Program-made: the position numbers and the translations under genes
Assembly (NCBI GenBank): GCA_013239625.1
Contig: MU053881.1
Coordinates: 13,220,879 to 13,284,878, forward strand
Length of the DNA: 64,000 nucleotides
From: Lama guanicoe
Lineage: Eukaryota
Direction of reading: 5' to 3'
In this document: positions 13,286 through 26,978 of the stretch, in pieces
Layout of the letters: each line of letters begins with the position of its first letter
Numbering within the stretch: position 1 is the stretch's first letter
Notes under the pieces: generated by a model
The model's input: only the letters and a program-made list of their open reading frames with translations
The model's database searches: none
Told to the model about the DNA's origin: nothing

Positions 13286-14659
13286 CGATACATGGGAGAG
13301 ATCCCCTTCATCCTAGCTCATCCACTGCAGAGGAAACCCCATTCGCTCATCATGAAGAAGGAAGCAGAGGATTGTTTTCAAGGTTCCTGCAGAACTGAGA
13401 CCAAAGCAGAGATGTTCATATATAAGTACGGGTGAACCTCAAGGGCCCATTGGAACCCTTCCTGGAACACTGCAGGGAGTCATTTCAAAACTGGTGCCTT
13501 TTCTAGAAGAAGGTCTTCCAGGTAGCGAACTTGAATAAGGAGTCCAGGAGGCACAGACAGAACATGGGGTGAGGAGGTCCACACACCATCTGCAACCCTA
13601 AAATATACTCAAGACAAGCATGCAGAAGCACTAGAGGCTTTCTTCAGGCTGAGGAGACACATCCTGACACTGATGCAAAAAAGGCCTCACAGACACTCCT
13701 GGAAACCTGCATGCCTTCCAGACTTGCACTCAGGCAGTTATTTTACAGCATGTGAACAAAACCCAGTTAAAACAACAACATTCATGTGCAGCAGTCAGCT
13801 GACTTCTTTCTTTGGTGACTAGAGACAGAACAATTGCAAACCCCTTTCTTTGTAATTTTCTTATTACTTGCTTGCACTGTGAGAAATTTTCGCCCTCCTT
13901 ACAGTTACATTTTTTAATTAATTATTATTATTATTTTTTACAAAAAACACCTAGGTTGTTAATAGCTATACACTTATTTTTAGTGAAAACATTCTATCAT
14001 GTTTTTGTAGGTCAAGGCTTACAAGTTCACATGCCTCCAGAAACCAAGCAAGTGAGACAAATGAGAGAAAAGGGGCAGCTGTGACTCAGTAAAGTGGTGG
14101 AGACCACGCGGGGTGACCATACCCCGTCTGAGTGGAGTTGCCACTACTCTATTCCAATCAGAGCTGCCAGAGGAAATGGGAACACAATTTTGAGAAATGT
14201 CCTCAAATACAAAGGAGGCCAAACCAAACAGATAGGCAGACCTTTAGGCTGCAGATAACAACTGATATGAGAATTCTGTCTTCTTTCAAACAGAACATTT
14301 TCAATTTTCCAATCTAATTTTTTCCCCTTGAGTTAAGCTATGAGAAGGAATGCTGTCACATTCACAAAGTAGTAATTCAAATTCTGATTCCTTATCGTTA
14401 TCATAATGATCCCAATAAGTTATAATCTACTTCAGTAATGGAATATCTCCCAGCATAGTAAGAGAATCCATAGAGGAAATTTTACTATTTATAGTATCTG
14501 GGTACAATTGTAATTGTGCTGTTCCTGGCTAATAACCTTCAGTTTGCTCTGTATCTGTCCTCTCTGGTGGCTGCTCTCTGAAAAGAACAACAACAAAAAA
14601 AAACTAAGATTTTGCCACACATTTATACACTGTTATTTGTAAGAGACTTCATCTAGTAA

Positions 14660-15150
14660 TTTCTTTTCTTTTCTTTTCCATTTGCATTTTGGTTTATTGA
14701 ATTTTTATTGAAGTATAGTATGTTACAACGTTGTGTCAATTTCTGGTGTCAGCATGTTTCAGACATACATATAGTCCTTTCTATAGTCTTTTTCATTATA
14801 GGTTACTACACGGTACTGAATATAGTTCCCTGTGCTACTGTGCTATACAGTAGAAACTTGTTGTTTATCTATTTTATATGTAGTAGTTAGTTGTCTGCAA
14901 ATCTTCAACTCCCAATTTATCCCTTCCCACTCCCTTTTCCCCTTGGTAACCTTAAGTTTGTTCTTTATGTCTGTGACTCTGTTTCTGTTTTGCAAATAAG
15001 TTCATTTGTGTCATTTTTCAGATTCCACATATAAATGATATCACATGGTTTCTTTCTCTTTCTGACTTACTTCACTTAAAATGACAGTCTCTAGGTCCAT
15101 CCATGTTGTTGCAAATGGCATCATTTTATTCTTTTTATGGCTGAGTAGTA
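14660..15150 (-). mobile_element. 5'-truncated lineage-specific L1 (3' UTR and end of ORF2)
   Basis: tttttattgaagtatagt...gttgtgtcaatttctggtgt...ccatccatgttgttgcaaatggca...tggctgagtagta; flanks tagtaatttctttt / tagtaatgtctttt resemble a TSD. Confidence 0.9.
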
Positions 15151-15569
15151 ATGTCTTTTGTAGTCACCATTTAGCTACATTTAATCTTGCTCATTTTCAA
15201 GAAGGTATGTTTATAATACACATTTAAATAACCATTATTTGATAAATACGGTGCTCATTTTATTGCAAACATATGTATATATATATACTAAAATTTTAGA
15301 ATTATTAAAAAATAAGAAAAACCACCACCTACATCCTCTTATTCAAACGAGCCATTGTCAATATATCAGAGTTACTTGGTGGGTTAATTTTATCTGAATG
15401 AAGTTTTACTTTTACTTTTAATTTGATGTTGTATTATTATTACCATTACTATTATTATTATCATTACTATTCCCAGAAGTGAATTATAAGATCGAGAGTT
15501 GGATCAGTTTGGTTGCTGATACCGAATTTCTTATCACTTGCAGAATTAAAATAAATTACTTAGGTTCTA

Positions 15570-18500
15570 GTTCTGTTAATGATGAAGTAGGCTAAACAAG
15601 CTGCAGATAACATTTACAACTGGTGGACAAAACATTAAGTAAACTATGTAAAGTACTAGAAAGTTACCTGAAGCAAGCAGGAAGTAGTGAAGTTTTGACC
15701 ATAAAGAGAGGGAAGTGAATTGGATGAGATCTACGATGATGTGGCTTTTCCCTGGAGGATACTTAGAAGATGATCAAGTTCTCCTTATTTGCCTGGAACG
15801 TCCCTAGCTTTGGCTTGGGAAGACCTGTAGCCCAGGAAAACCTTCCACTGCAGAGATACAGGATGGCTACAGTCAGCAGAAGGCAATAATTCTGTTGGTT
15901 TGAGGTTTAACAGGAGAGTTGGAGCTGCCAGGGCTCCTCAAGTTAAGGGAGAAATCACAGAAACAGAGAAAAACGGAGATATGACTCCTGATCTGTATGC
16001 AAACTTCGTTTGGGTATTTGTTTTTGAATGGAAAGGGCAAAAAGACACCAAGAAGCCTGGAAGAGAGCAAATACTGAAAGACTGAAAACGTTGAGCCGTA
16101 TTTCAGCTGCCACTCACTGCAGGAGATTCTGAGTTTGGAGTCTGAATCTCACCAAGTTAGACTCTTAAAACAAACTTCAGACTTTCCTTTAAAACCATAG
16201 AAGGACCATAACCCTTCTCCATTCTAGGACTAAGGATTTCGTCTAAGTCTAAGGACAAAACTGAAACTAAACCTGAAAACAGTAAAAACACTAATCCTGG
16301 ACAAAAGTAAGGTGATTTGCCAATCATTTAACTCCTAGTAGAACAAAAATCAACATCCTTTAGAAGAGTACTAAAAATCAGAATGTTGATAATATATAAA
16401 ACATCTAATAATACATGGTAAAAAAAATCATAGAATATACAAAGTACAGGATAAATAAGACACATATTATTTAAAATAACAATATTCAATATAAAGCAAC
16501 CAAACTTGAGATGCAATTAGCAAATACAGACATTCAATCAATTATTTTAAATAATCTGAGGATTTAAAACAAAACATGGCCATGATGCTTACATGGTCAA
16601 TGTGTGGACAGCAGGGACTCTCAGAGGAGAAATGGAGACTATTAAAAACAAGCAAAATAGAAAACTCTACAACTGAAATTTATAATGCCTGACAGAAAAA
16701 ACTCATGCATGGGTTTTAATATCAGATTAATTTAAGATCAGATCTAATATCAGTTTAAGAATAACAGTAGAAGAAAGTATGGTAAACTTGAAAATGCAGC
16801 AACAAAAAATATCCAGTATAAAAACCATGGAGAAAAATATTGAAAAATAAATGAGCTACTAGAAACTGTGAGATTGTATCAAGCCTCCTGATACAGTAGC
16901 GTATGAGAAGAAAAGAATAAATAGGAACACATTTAAAGTAATATTGGCCAAAAAACTTCCCTAAATTGGTGAAAATATTACATAGACCCAAGAAGCTTCG
17001 TAGGCCCCAAGCAGGGAAAACATAATGAAAACTATACCTGGGAACTTTGTAGTCCCACATGTAAAAACTAAAAATCAAATGAAAAAGTTGGAAGTATCAA
17101 GAGAAGCATGCAACATTACAATTGCCAGAGGTTAACACTACAATGATGGCTGGCTTATCAAAACAACTGAGGTCAGGAAAGAATGGATGACATCTTCCAA
17201 GTTCTAAAAATAAATTATACGTAGGCGTCTACATCCAGGAGATAGATCTGTCAGAAATGAAATGGGGAAAAAAGCCATTTTCAAATAAATGAAGACTAAG
17301 AGAATTTGTCACCAGCAGAAACAAGTTAAAAATAATGCTAAGGTAAATTCTCCAGGCTGAAGGTAAGTGATACCAGATGGAAACCCAGATTTTTGACCAG
17401 TGAAGAGCCTGAAGATGGTTAACATGTGAGGAGACAATCTAGTTCTATAAATTTTTTATCTTGGTTCTTTTCAAAGACACCTGATTTTAATGCAAAAGTT
17501 CTAACAGTACATTTTGGAGTTTATAAACCATGTATGTATAAAACAAGTATCAACCATCGCACAGAGTATCCCAGAGTTGGGGTTCAACGACATTATACTT
17601 TTGTGTAGGTAATTTCTTGCCTATTTCATGAAATGATATAATAGCAACTATAAATAGAGTTTGATAACTTAAAAATGACTCTGGAAATCTTCAGAGCACC
17701 ACTAAAAGTAAAATAAAAAAAGTTTAGTTAAAACTCATTAGCAAAGTTAAAATACTAAAAAATATTTCATAAATGCAAAAGAAGGCAGAAAATACCAAAC
17801 AGAGAGAAAAAGTAATGGGACAAACAGGATGCAAACAGCAAAATGGCAGCTGAAAAACAAACACACACAGGGAGTATTACTAGAGAGAAAGAGCTGGTCC
17901 TTATAACAACAAGAAAATCAACTAATTAAGAAGACATTAAGGTCATAAAAGTTTACACACCTGATAAAAGATCTTCAAAATAAACAAAATAAACAGAAGT
18001 TTTTACTGATGGAACAGGAGAAATTCAACAAATCTCACAATCATAGCTGGAGATATTAAAAGTCCTCTGACTTAACATTTATAGAATATATACCCAGTAA
18101 TTGCAGAATAAACTACAAAATGCACATTCTTTTCAACTGTTCTTTAAAAAAGGCCTCAATAAATTTCAAAATTTTGTGAGCTTACAGTGTATATCCTCTA
18201 AGTAGAGCAGAATTTTATTACAAATCAATAATATAAAATATGTAGGAATGTTTCAAAGTTGGAAAATTAAATAAATACTTCTAAATAATACATGGATGAA
18301 AGAAGAAACCACAAGAAAAGTTGGAAGTGTTTCACATCAAATGAAAATACAACATTTCAAAATGTGTCTTGTGATGTTAAAGCAGGTCTTAGAGGAAAGT
18401 TTGTAACTGTAGATACACAGAAAAACAGAAAGGATAAAAATAATGACCTAAGCTTCTGATTTTGGAAGCTAGAAAAAACAGTAGAGTCCTGTATATATGT

Positions 18501-19725
18501 TCATTTGATTTTCAGTAAAGGCGAGGCATTTCAAAGGGGAAAGATTAATGTTTAAAAATAATGATGTTGGAATAAATGATTAAATTATTATGAAAATAAC
18601 ATTTGCCCTTTACTTCATCTCATATGTAAAAGCTAAAATTATTCATCTTAAGAAGGAAACAGGATACCTTTATGATTCTGGACTAGGCAAAAATTTCTTA
18701 CAGAAGGCATAAGGTATTAAACATAAAATGTAACTGATAAACTGGTCTTCATAAAAAATGAAAAATATCTGTTCAAAAGACTACTGAAAAATGAAAAGCA
18801 AGTCACATATGAGGAAATAATATTCACAACATAAATATCTAACAAAGGACTTTTATCCAGAATACATAAGGAAATCCTATGCCTTAATAATGAAAATGCA
18901 AACAACCCAATAAAAATGGTCAAAGTACTTGAACAGATGCTATGAAAAAGGTGACGTGTGTCCAATAAGCCAATGAAGAGGTTCTCATCAGCAACATTCA
19001 TTAAGAAAACGCAAATGGGAGCCACAATGACATCTCTTCACGTGCACTGTAATGGCTAAAATTAGCAAAACTGACAATACCAGATTTTCTGAGGGTATAG
19101 AGCAACCAAAACTGATACATTTCCTGGTAAGAATGTAAAATGGTACGACTATTTGCAAAAGATTATGGCATTTTCTTTCAAATGTTCAACATTCACTTAC
19201 CATATGACCAAGGCATTCTGCCTCAAGTCAGTTATCAAAGAAAAATAACAGTGTGTGTACCCAAAAAGCCCTGTGTAAGAATTCTGTAGACTCATTCAAA
19301 TCTGAAACAATCTAAATATCATAAATAGAAGAATGGGATTCCAGGATATACTTAGCAAATGGAAAAACATAGTAGTCAGGAATAACCTCATGAATAATGT
19401 ATTCATATAAATATAGATACTTATAATATATATACATACATTCAACAACATGGTTGAATCTCCAAAATATGTTCAAAGACAGGCAAACACCTGCAGGTAT
19501 TGTATGATGCCATTTATATGACCTTCAAAGACATCAATGTAATTAAAATCAGAACAGAGGTTGCTTATAATGGCTGAGGGACAAGAGAAATTTCTTGGGT
19601 AAAGAAAATATTCTTGATTAGAAAAGTTATTACATAGGCCTATACACTGATAAAACTCATAAAAGTATACACTTAGGATCTGATGGTTTCACTGCATATT
19701 AATTTCACCTTAATCAAATTTCTAC
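15570..19725 (+). mobile_element. Ancient, heavily decayed and internally deleted L1 (L1M-type) with 5' region, ORF1/ORF2 remnants and 3' end
   Basis: A-rich plus strand with L1 motifs (gagaatttgtcaccagcaga, acaatcatagctggagatattaa, cttagaggaaagtttgta, caaaggacttttatccagaata, tacacttaggatctg); no intact ORF. Confidence 0.85.
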
Positions 19726-19829
19726 TGATAAAATAAATACTATCCTTATCAGTAAGCATAAGCTGTGACAAAGTGCTGTGTGACAGGCCTAATCTGATCG
19801 TCATTAAAAAAAAAAAACAAAAACCCGAG

Positions 19830-19990
19830 GCAGGTAATATTACCAAGTTTTTACACATGGGAAGATTAAAATTTAGAAAGGCTAAATTACTTGTCCAAGA
19901 TAACCCAGTGTCCACTTGACAGTCTATGGCAGGACAGATTTTAAACCCAGGGAGTCTGATCTAAAAAACTGACCTCTTGAGCATGGCTGT
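19830..19990 (-). mobile_element. MIR SINE
   Basis: gaggcaggtaatattacc...ttttacacatgggaag...aaattacttgtccaagataaccc...ttaaacccagggagtctga. Confidence 0.7.
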
Positions 19991-20069
19991 ACATAGTTTT
20001 CAGTAACTGTGGTGATAAATAACATAGGTATTAATTCACTTCCTTAATCATCAGCTGTAATAAAACTTT

Positions 20070-20255
20070 AGAGGCAGCATGATGTAATACAAAGATCAAA
20101 CAGTCTGGAGTCAGAAATCTTACTTCTGTCGTTAACTTTGTGACTTTGGGGAAATTACTTCATTTGTCTAGGTCTTACTTTTCTCATCAATAAAATGATG
20201 GATGATACAGGTGATATAAAAGGATCTTTTCTGTTCTAAGCATTCGGTGACCTAT
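20070..20255 (+). mobile_element. MIR-family SINE
   Basis: ggcagcatgatgtaa...ctggagtcagaaa...tgtgactttggggaaattactt...ttttctcatcaataaaatg. Confidence 0.7.
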
Positions 20256-23074
20256 AATTTGAACAGCACTTCCTTGAGAGTGAGGTGGGAGGAGATATCT
20301 ATAGCTCCTTCAAATATGTTAGGTTCCTTTAATTACAGCATGACATTAATAGGGTCCCTGCCCGTGTTACTGTGCATTAAAATAAACTGAAATAAAGTTT
20401 GACTCAGTCACCTCAATCTTCGTCCCCTTGTATCTCATGGGAGAGTCTAAGTGCCTCACTGCTCAGGATATTAGATGAGTCAGAGTCAGCATCCATTTCT
20501 CCTGCTTTGAATCTGAGCTGACCTGAGGATCTGCTTTGTCCAGTGGGATGTACAGATCTGTCAGATCTGAAACCCAGGCCTCCCAGAGCCGCTTCACTGT
20601 CTTACAGCGCTCCAGCCATCATGTAAGTCCATCAGTTCCATGACAACGGAGCCTTTCCTCGCCGGATCTAATATCCCCAGCACCTAGAAGAGGGCCTGGC
20701 CCATCCTGCAGGCTCACTGAGTATTTGTTGAAATCTCAATCTTAGAAAGTATCCTCCAGGAACGCTGTGTCAATTTACTTTGTAACAACAATGTGCGAAC
20801 GCCCCTTTGACTATTCTTTTGAAGTCACTGGGTATTTTTTTTTTTTAATATCAGAGCTAAAGTCTGAAACACTGAAGCATTCTCAACATTTACTCAATAT
20901 GGCGCACGATTTAAGAACTTGATCAACGCTGTGAATTATCTTGTTAATGCTTTTCAGATTTCCAGGCAGGCATGCCGCAGTAAAGGACTTCCCAGGCTGC
21001 TGTCTCTCACTGCTAATGATACGCCTCCCAGGGGCTTTCTCTTAGACTTCAGAGTCACAGAGGAGTCTTTAGTGTGACACTGTCAGTGGGTGGGACTGGT
21101 GGCACACAGAGGCCTGGAAACATAGTATGAATTTCCCCCTAGTGGCATCAGGATCCCTTCAAGGACCCCCATCAAAGAGGATTTTAAACTGCAGGGAGAA
21201 ATAAAGGACAAATGAAAATGACAGTAAATGATTATAGTGATAATTTATGGCATTCTTGGAATTCTTTTTAATTTCCTTTTTTTCCCCTGGCTGTTAAAAG
21301 GTGAATCAGTTCTTACAGGGTTGATTTCATTTCTTAAGAAATGTAATTTTGGTAAAAAAAAAAAAAAAGCATATAAATAAAATCATTATTGTAACCATCA
21401 CAATTTATTTGACAACTGTTTACATCAGAAAGAAAAAATGCAAAACCTTAGAAAATACAGTATGGTGTCTACCAAACTGGAGGGAGACTTTCGGTTTAAA
21501 ATCATCAGACTGTTTTATTGAGGAAGCTAATTTCCACACTTCAAATACTTAAAAGAAAACATGGCTTCTTTAGACTTACAGAAAATACATAAAATTTCTA
21601 TTGCCTTTATCAAAAAGGGAGAGGTTGCAGCGAAAAAAAAATTAATCCATGCTTCAAGTCTTATCAGAAATTTTACCATTATGCCTGTGTCAAAACTGAC
21701 AAAAATTTTTTACATTTGTCTCATCTGCATATGAGGCAAATAATACTATGCTCGTGGAGCTGTATGGATTTAAATGAATTAATATGTGTAAACAATTTAT
21801 ACAATTTTGGTCCATATTAAATATTAAATAGTATTCTACTATGATTGTTATTATTATTCTGTTTTCCTATTTTTCAACAACATTCATCAAAATTTATTAG
21901 TACCTAACAGTTACCAGGTCTCTATCTAGCCATCACTTAAACACAGTTGCATTAAACACATTTCCTGCCCTTGAGGAGATTATAGTTTAGTGACTTAATT
22001 TTCTACCATTGTCACTCTTACTGGAATACAAAGTAAGCCCTTTTCCAATGCTCTTCTGTGTTTCATAACTCAATGTCCAACTGCCTTATAATAACCCCCT
22101 TCACTCCTGAGTCTCCCAGAACAACAAAGTGTATGTCTAAGACCTAAGTTCTTCTAAGGTCTTTCTCACAAAACTCATTTCGAGTCTCTCTGTGGACTCC
22201 CTTTTTCTCTTTCACATGAAATCCCAGGCATGGCTCACGGCTTTTCCCGGCACCATAGCCAATAAATGAAGAGGTATTTATCAGCTACTAACGTGTACAA
22301 TTCAACTTAACTTAAAACCCAGAACATTTTGCAATTTAAAACATTCCTCCTGCACTGAAAAGACTTACTTCAGGATCAGAAATCTGAAAAGGGAAGGCAA
22401 AGACTAATTGATATTTCCGATTTTTCTTGGTATACCTTCTCTCACTCTTTCCCTAACACAGAAACACCCCCCACACCCAAACACACATGAAAACACACAA
22501 ACCTGCACACCTTACAGCTGCTTCTTAACAAGGGGTAGGGGTAAAGGGGAGGTATCCCTTGACTGGTACATTGAAATCTGGTGTCAGAACCTTGGATACA
22601 CAATTACTATTCCTTTTTATGAGGCATTACTGAGAGTTCCTAAGAGATACCCACTAAGGGCCACCAAAGAGTTACTTGGTGTAGAAGGTGCATTTAAGTG
22701 GTGATGATGATCCCCCACCCCCACCAGTTGCTGCATCTTTAGGCAGATCTTTGTCTTTTTTGTACTGACCACAAGTCCTTTACGTGAAATATTTCAAGAT
22801 GGCGCACAGCCAATTGCCTTTCCTAGGAGCTACATCTGACTCATGGAAAACATACAATTTTGTTGCCAAGCTCTGAAAGTACAAAATGTTTCCAATGTGC
22901 CCAGTCTCTTCCTCTGTCACCAGAGAGCTCTAGTTACAGCTTCTCGCCTTTAGACGGTTACAATTCTGAGTCACATACAGATCCCTCTGTCCTCCACATT
23001 CTTCAAGGAATACATGTCACTCTCTTTGGGTACTTCTCTTGAATTTCAAACCTGTAGCTTAAAATGAGGGGCTG

Positions 23075-23440
23075 AATTCAAAATAGCTAAAAAATGGAAG
23101 CAATCAAGAGGCAAACGGAGAAGCAAAATGCAGTATGTACATATGGACAACAGAATATTGTTCAGCCTTGGAAAGGAAATTCTCACAATGCAGTGAAATG
23201 GATGAACCTTGGGGATACTATGCCAAGTGAAATTACCCAGTCAAAAAGATAAACATACATGATTCCACTTAAATGAGATACTTAGAGTACTTGAAATCCT
23301 AGAGACAGGAAATAGGATGGTTGCCAGAGTCAGCAGGGAGAGGGGAATGGGGATTGTTAACTGTGTAGAGTTTTGGATTTGCAAGATGAAAGGAGTTCTA
23401 GCGATGAAAGGTGGTGATGGTTACACTATATTATGATATT
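23075..23440 (+). mobile_element. L1MB-type 3' end fragment
   Basis: atggatgaaccttggggatactatgccaagtgaaat...atgattccactt...ggttgccag...gcaagatgaaaggagttct...ggtggtgatggttacac. Confidence 0.8.
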
Positions 23441-24499
23441 AATTAGGAGAAAAAATTCCTTTGACATTTTCTCCTCAATTCACGCTAGTAAAGCAGCTAC
23501 GTACTTTATTTATAGTTTATTCCTACTTGTTTGAATCCTATTTCTAATAAAAAAGAAAATATTTGAATGTAATTCTCCAGAAACTTAGGCAAACCACTAT
23601 GCTTTCAAGTCAGTTTATCGACTCATTCATTCATTATCCACGAAGGTGTCTGACGCTGTGCTGGGTGCTGGTGCTATACAGAGATGAGTAAGCCATGCTT
23701 TTTGTCCTCAAGCCCCAGACAGATTCATGGGGAAGGCACTGTATGTACATTTGGAAAAATGATTTAAGATTGTGAAATAATTGTTAACGTTCTGAGAACG
23801 TACACATGGCTGGTTGTGGGGACTTGATATTGAGTTGAATGTGAATTAAAACTTTGGTGAAATTACTGTAGTTCATTGATGTTCTATTTGTGAAATTAGG
23901 TAGTATAACACTTTTATTACTTCAGACATTTCCATTTATCAGTGTCAAACTAATTACTCAGTGAAAAATTACTGAACATAATGTCAGACCTGAAACTGAC
24001 TTTAGAAAATATCCAACGCAAGCTTCTTTTGGTACTAAAAAGACAAATAAAGACCCAGAGAGGTTTAACGACAGATTCAGAGTTACCCAGCTGATTAATA
24101 ACAGAGCCAGGATGAGCAATGCAGATTTCCTGACTGTGAGGCGTCAGCTCTACCTGTGACCTCCTCGCCCCCAAGGAAATGACCAGTTTGTAGATTAAAG
24201 ACACAGGTGAAGATGATTGCTCAAGTATTTTTGTTTCAGTTCTGCTTATTGAATACTCTGCAGTATATGAGATTGCTTCCTATTTATGTCATCTAAGCTT
24301 CAGAAGATGATTTATTTTTTAGGTACTGATATTTAATTCTTTACTATATTAGAACACCATTTATCATTTATGACATTGGAGATGGAGAAGAAAAGAGGGC
24401 TTGTGGGGCATTTGGTTGGGTAGTTTTGGTTGGCTAAGAGTTTAATTTAATGATAGAACTTGATTTGAACCATTGAGATGGTGACAGACTCACCTCCTA

Positions 24500-24587
24500 C
24501 CCTTCCTTCCTTCCTTCCTTCCTTCCTTCCTCCCTCCCTTCCTTCCTTCCTCCCTCCCTCCCTTCCTCCCTTCCTTCCTTCCTTCCT
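24500..24587. repeat. (CCTT)n/(CCCT)n polypyrimidine microsatellite
   Basis: Directly visible pure C/T tetranucleotide tract. Confidence 0.97.
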
Positions 24588-25199
24588 ATCTCGGTTTTAA
24601 ACAGGTAATTACCCAACTGACAACCAACTGCTTTATTTTAGCTACTTTTTAAGAAGTACTTTGTATCCCTTAAGTCTACAGCAATGTAAATGGTGATTAT
24701 ACATTTTTTTTCTTTTTGAGAAAAGTTTGTTCATTTCAACTAGGCTAGCATAAAGTTTTTAGCATGAGCAAAGAGAAATGAAAAACAAAATGTTCTTTTC
24801 TACCATAAAAATTTATGCTTTGGAACACTTCTCATTTTCCTTTAGACCATATTAACCTTTTCATCTCCAGCTGCCTGGGGAGAACCCATTTAGTCATTTA
24901 TTATTTTATTTCAGATTTGGGGCTTATTTGAATTTTTGGAAAATTCAAACTCCAGTGTAATATGTAGCTACTTTAAGGGACTATTCTTTTTTTTTTAAAG
25001 CATACTTAATTAATAAGTACATACGGAATTAGTAATTGCTTTGTGCCTTAGAAAATACTGTGCCAATATTACTTCTGAGAAACTTAAGTCTTTATATTTT
25101 TATAACATTAGTTTTTGGCTAGTTGCAGAAGGAATTCATATTGCAGATGAAATGTTTGGCGAAAATAAAAGTTATAGATAAAAATCTTTGAAATTCCCC

Positions 25200-25505
25200 C
25201 TTTTAATGCCTTTTCTTTGGTTATCACATTTTCTTTGGAATCGTAACTTTGATGACTAGGTAATATTTCTTTGTTTTTATAGTCCATATTTTTTAAAAAC
25301 AAGTCCTCTTTTATTGGGCATCTACACTGTTTCCAAATTTCCCCCGTTACAAATAACACAGTAATGATGTTCTTGTATGTAAACCTTTGATTGCCTCTCT
25401 ACTTATTTCTGGGGGATCATTTCCAGACATCGAATTGTTGAGTCAAAGAACACAAGTATTTTTTATCATTCTCGGTTTTTTGATCAGTGTTGCCAAATTG
25501 TTGGA
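25200..25505 (-). mobile_element. Ancient L1 (L1ME-type) fragment
   Basis: tattgggcatctacactgtttccaaatttcc...acaaataac...gaattgttgagtcaaag...ttgccaaattg. Confidence 0.6.
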
Positions 25506-26109
25506 ATGTGGGAGCAACCAAATCTTTTTCTAAGTCCCTTCCAGGGTAACAGCTCCTTTCTTCCACTTACTCGATAACCAAAGTCGCACTGTTCTCTTTC
25601 CTCATGAGATAACCTACTTCACCTCATGTTAACGTCTTCATTTAATGTACGCTATTGAAAACCCATCATGTGCCAAGCTCTCATTGTCCTGAAGTGATAA
25701 AAGCAGGAGGGTCCCCTTCCTTCTTTGAACTTACTTTCTAGCTGGGGAAATAGATATTAAATAGAAAAACACACAGATACATATGAACTAAAAAGTTGTA
25801 ATAAGTACGCTTGAGAAACTAAGTAAGTTGCAATGAAAAGTAGTGACAATTTAGTCCTTAACAAGCCATGCTTTCTAATATACCATTTATTCTAATCAAT
25901 AAATATCTAATGACAACTTTCCCTTCACTTTATCATAATAGTTTCTATCAAAAGGTATCCAATCCCATCAGTAAACACATTAGACTTTGCTTCCATAGCC
26001 ACAGGAAAAGAATTTTTTATAGCTTATGGCTTCTCAAACAAGACAACATTACAGAATCCATACAGGAGGGTGAAGGGAATAGAAATATTCATGACAAAAT
26101 TGAACTATA

Positions 26110-26210
26110 AAAGAAATGAAAGTCTATGTAAATGAATATATGCATGTATTTGCATGAACGGGACATTGTGCTGTGCACAGAGACTGACTGTACTTCAATT
26201 AAAAAATAAG
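26110..26210 (+). mobile_element. Short lineage-specific L1 3' tail
   Basis: gaatatatgcatgta...gggacattgtgctgt...actgactgtacttcaattaaaaaataa, similar to the copy at 3987-4181. Confidence 0.75.
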
Positions 26211-26481
26211 TCACTATCCACTGAATTTTTTTAATATATTTGACTCAAAAGGTGTTAATATATTATTCAGCAAAGAGCTCCTATAACTGGTAACTAATCT
26301 CATCCCAAGAAAATAATGAGAAAAGGATATAACAAACAGTTAACCAAAGAGGAATGGCAAAAGGCCAAAAAATATATGAAAAAAAGACTTAACCACACTA
26401 GAAAAGAGGAAAATCAGATTGAAACAACCATGTGATAGCATTATACCCATGCAGTCTCTTCCCCACAAGATGGAAAATAAC

Positions 26482-26978
26482 TGTGGCAGACATTGCCGGT
26501 TGCTTAACCACATCCAATTACCACTTTAGAAGATTTCTAAACACAACTAATTTTGTTCAGCTCTCTATCCTCCTCTGCACATCCGTACATGGCAGAATAT
26601 CCTGACCCGTGTTCCAGTTCCAGGGTTGAAGCCTGATGAGTCATTTGGTTTCCAGAGATTGGTTTAATCATGGATTTCTGACCAAATTAAGGCCAGTAAG
26701 AGGAGAAATCTGCTGCTAAAATTCTGCAGATTTGCTCATTATTTAAAAAAAAATAAAAGATTGAGAGATCCTTTCTGCCTCTGGATGGCGTCAGGTCTAG
26801 AACAGATGCCTGGAAGAGCCTTGGAGAGCTTGACGGGGACTGGACAGCAGGAGGGAGACCTGAAGATGATGCTCTTCAACCTCTCAATTAAGATTTATAG
26901 AAGACAATGAATTTTCTTATTCAAATAAACTGAAATTGACACTTCTGTTAGTTGCAACCCAAAGCAGCCTGATAATAT
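26482..26978 (+). mobile_element. MaLR (MLT1-family) solo LTR, old
   Basis: Starts tgtggcagacattgccggttgc and ends ttctgttagttgcaacccaaagcagcctga, typical MLT1 termini. Confidence 0.7.

Noticed and set aside
22795..22804. YY1-like motif CAAGATGGCG
   Set aside because: Single short motif with no promoter context; plausible by chance in 64 kb.
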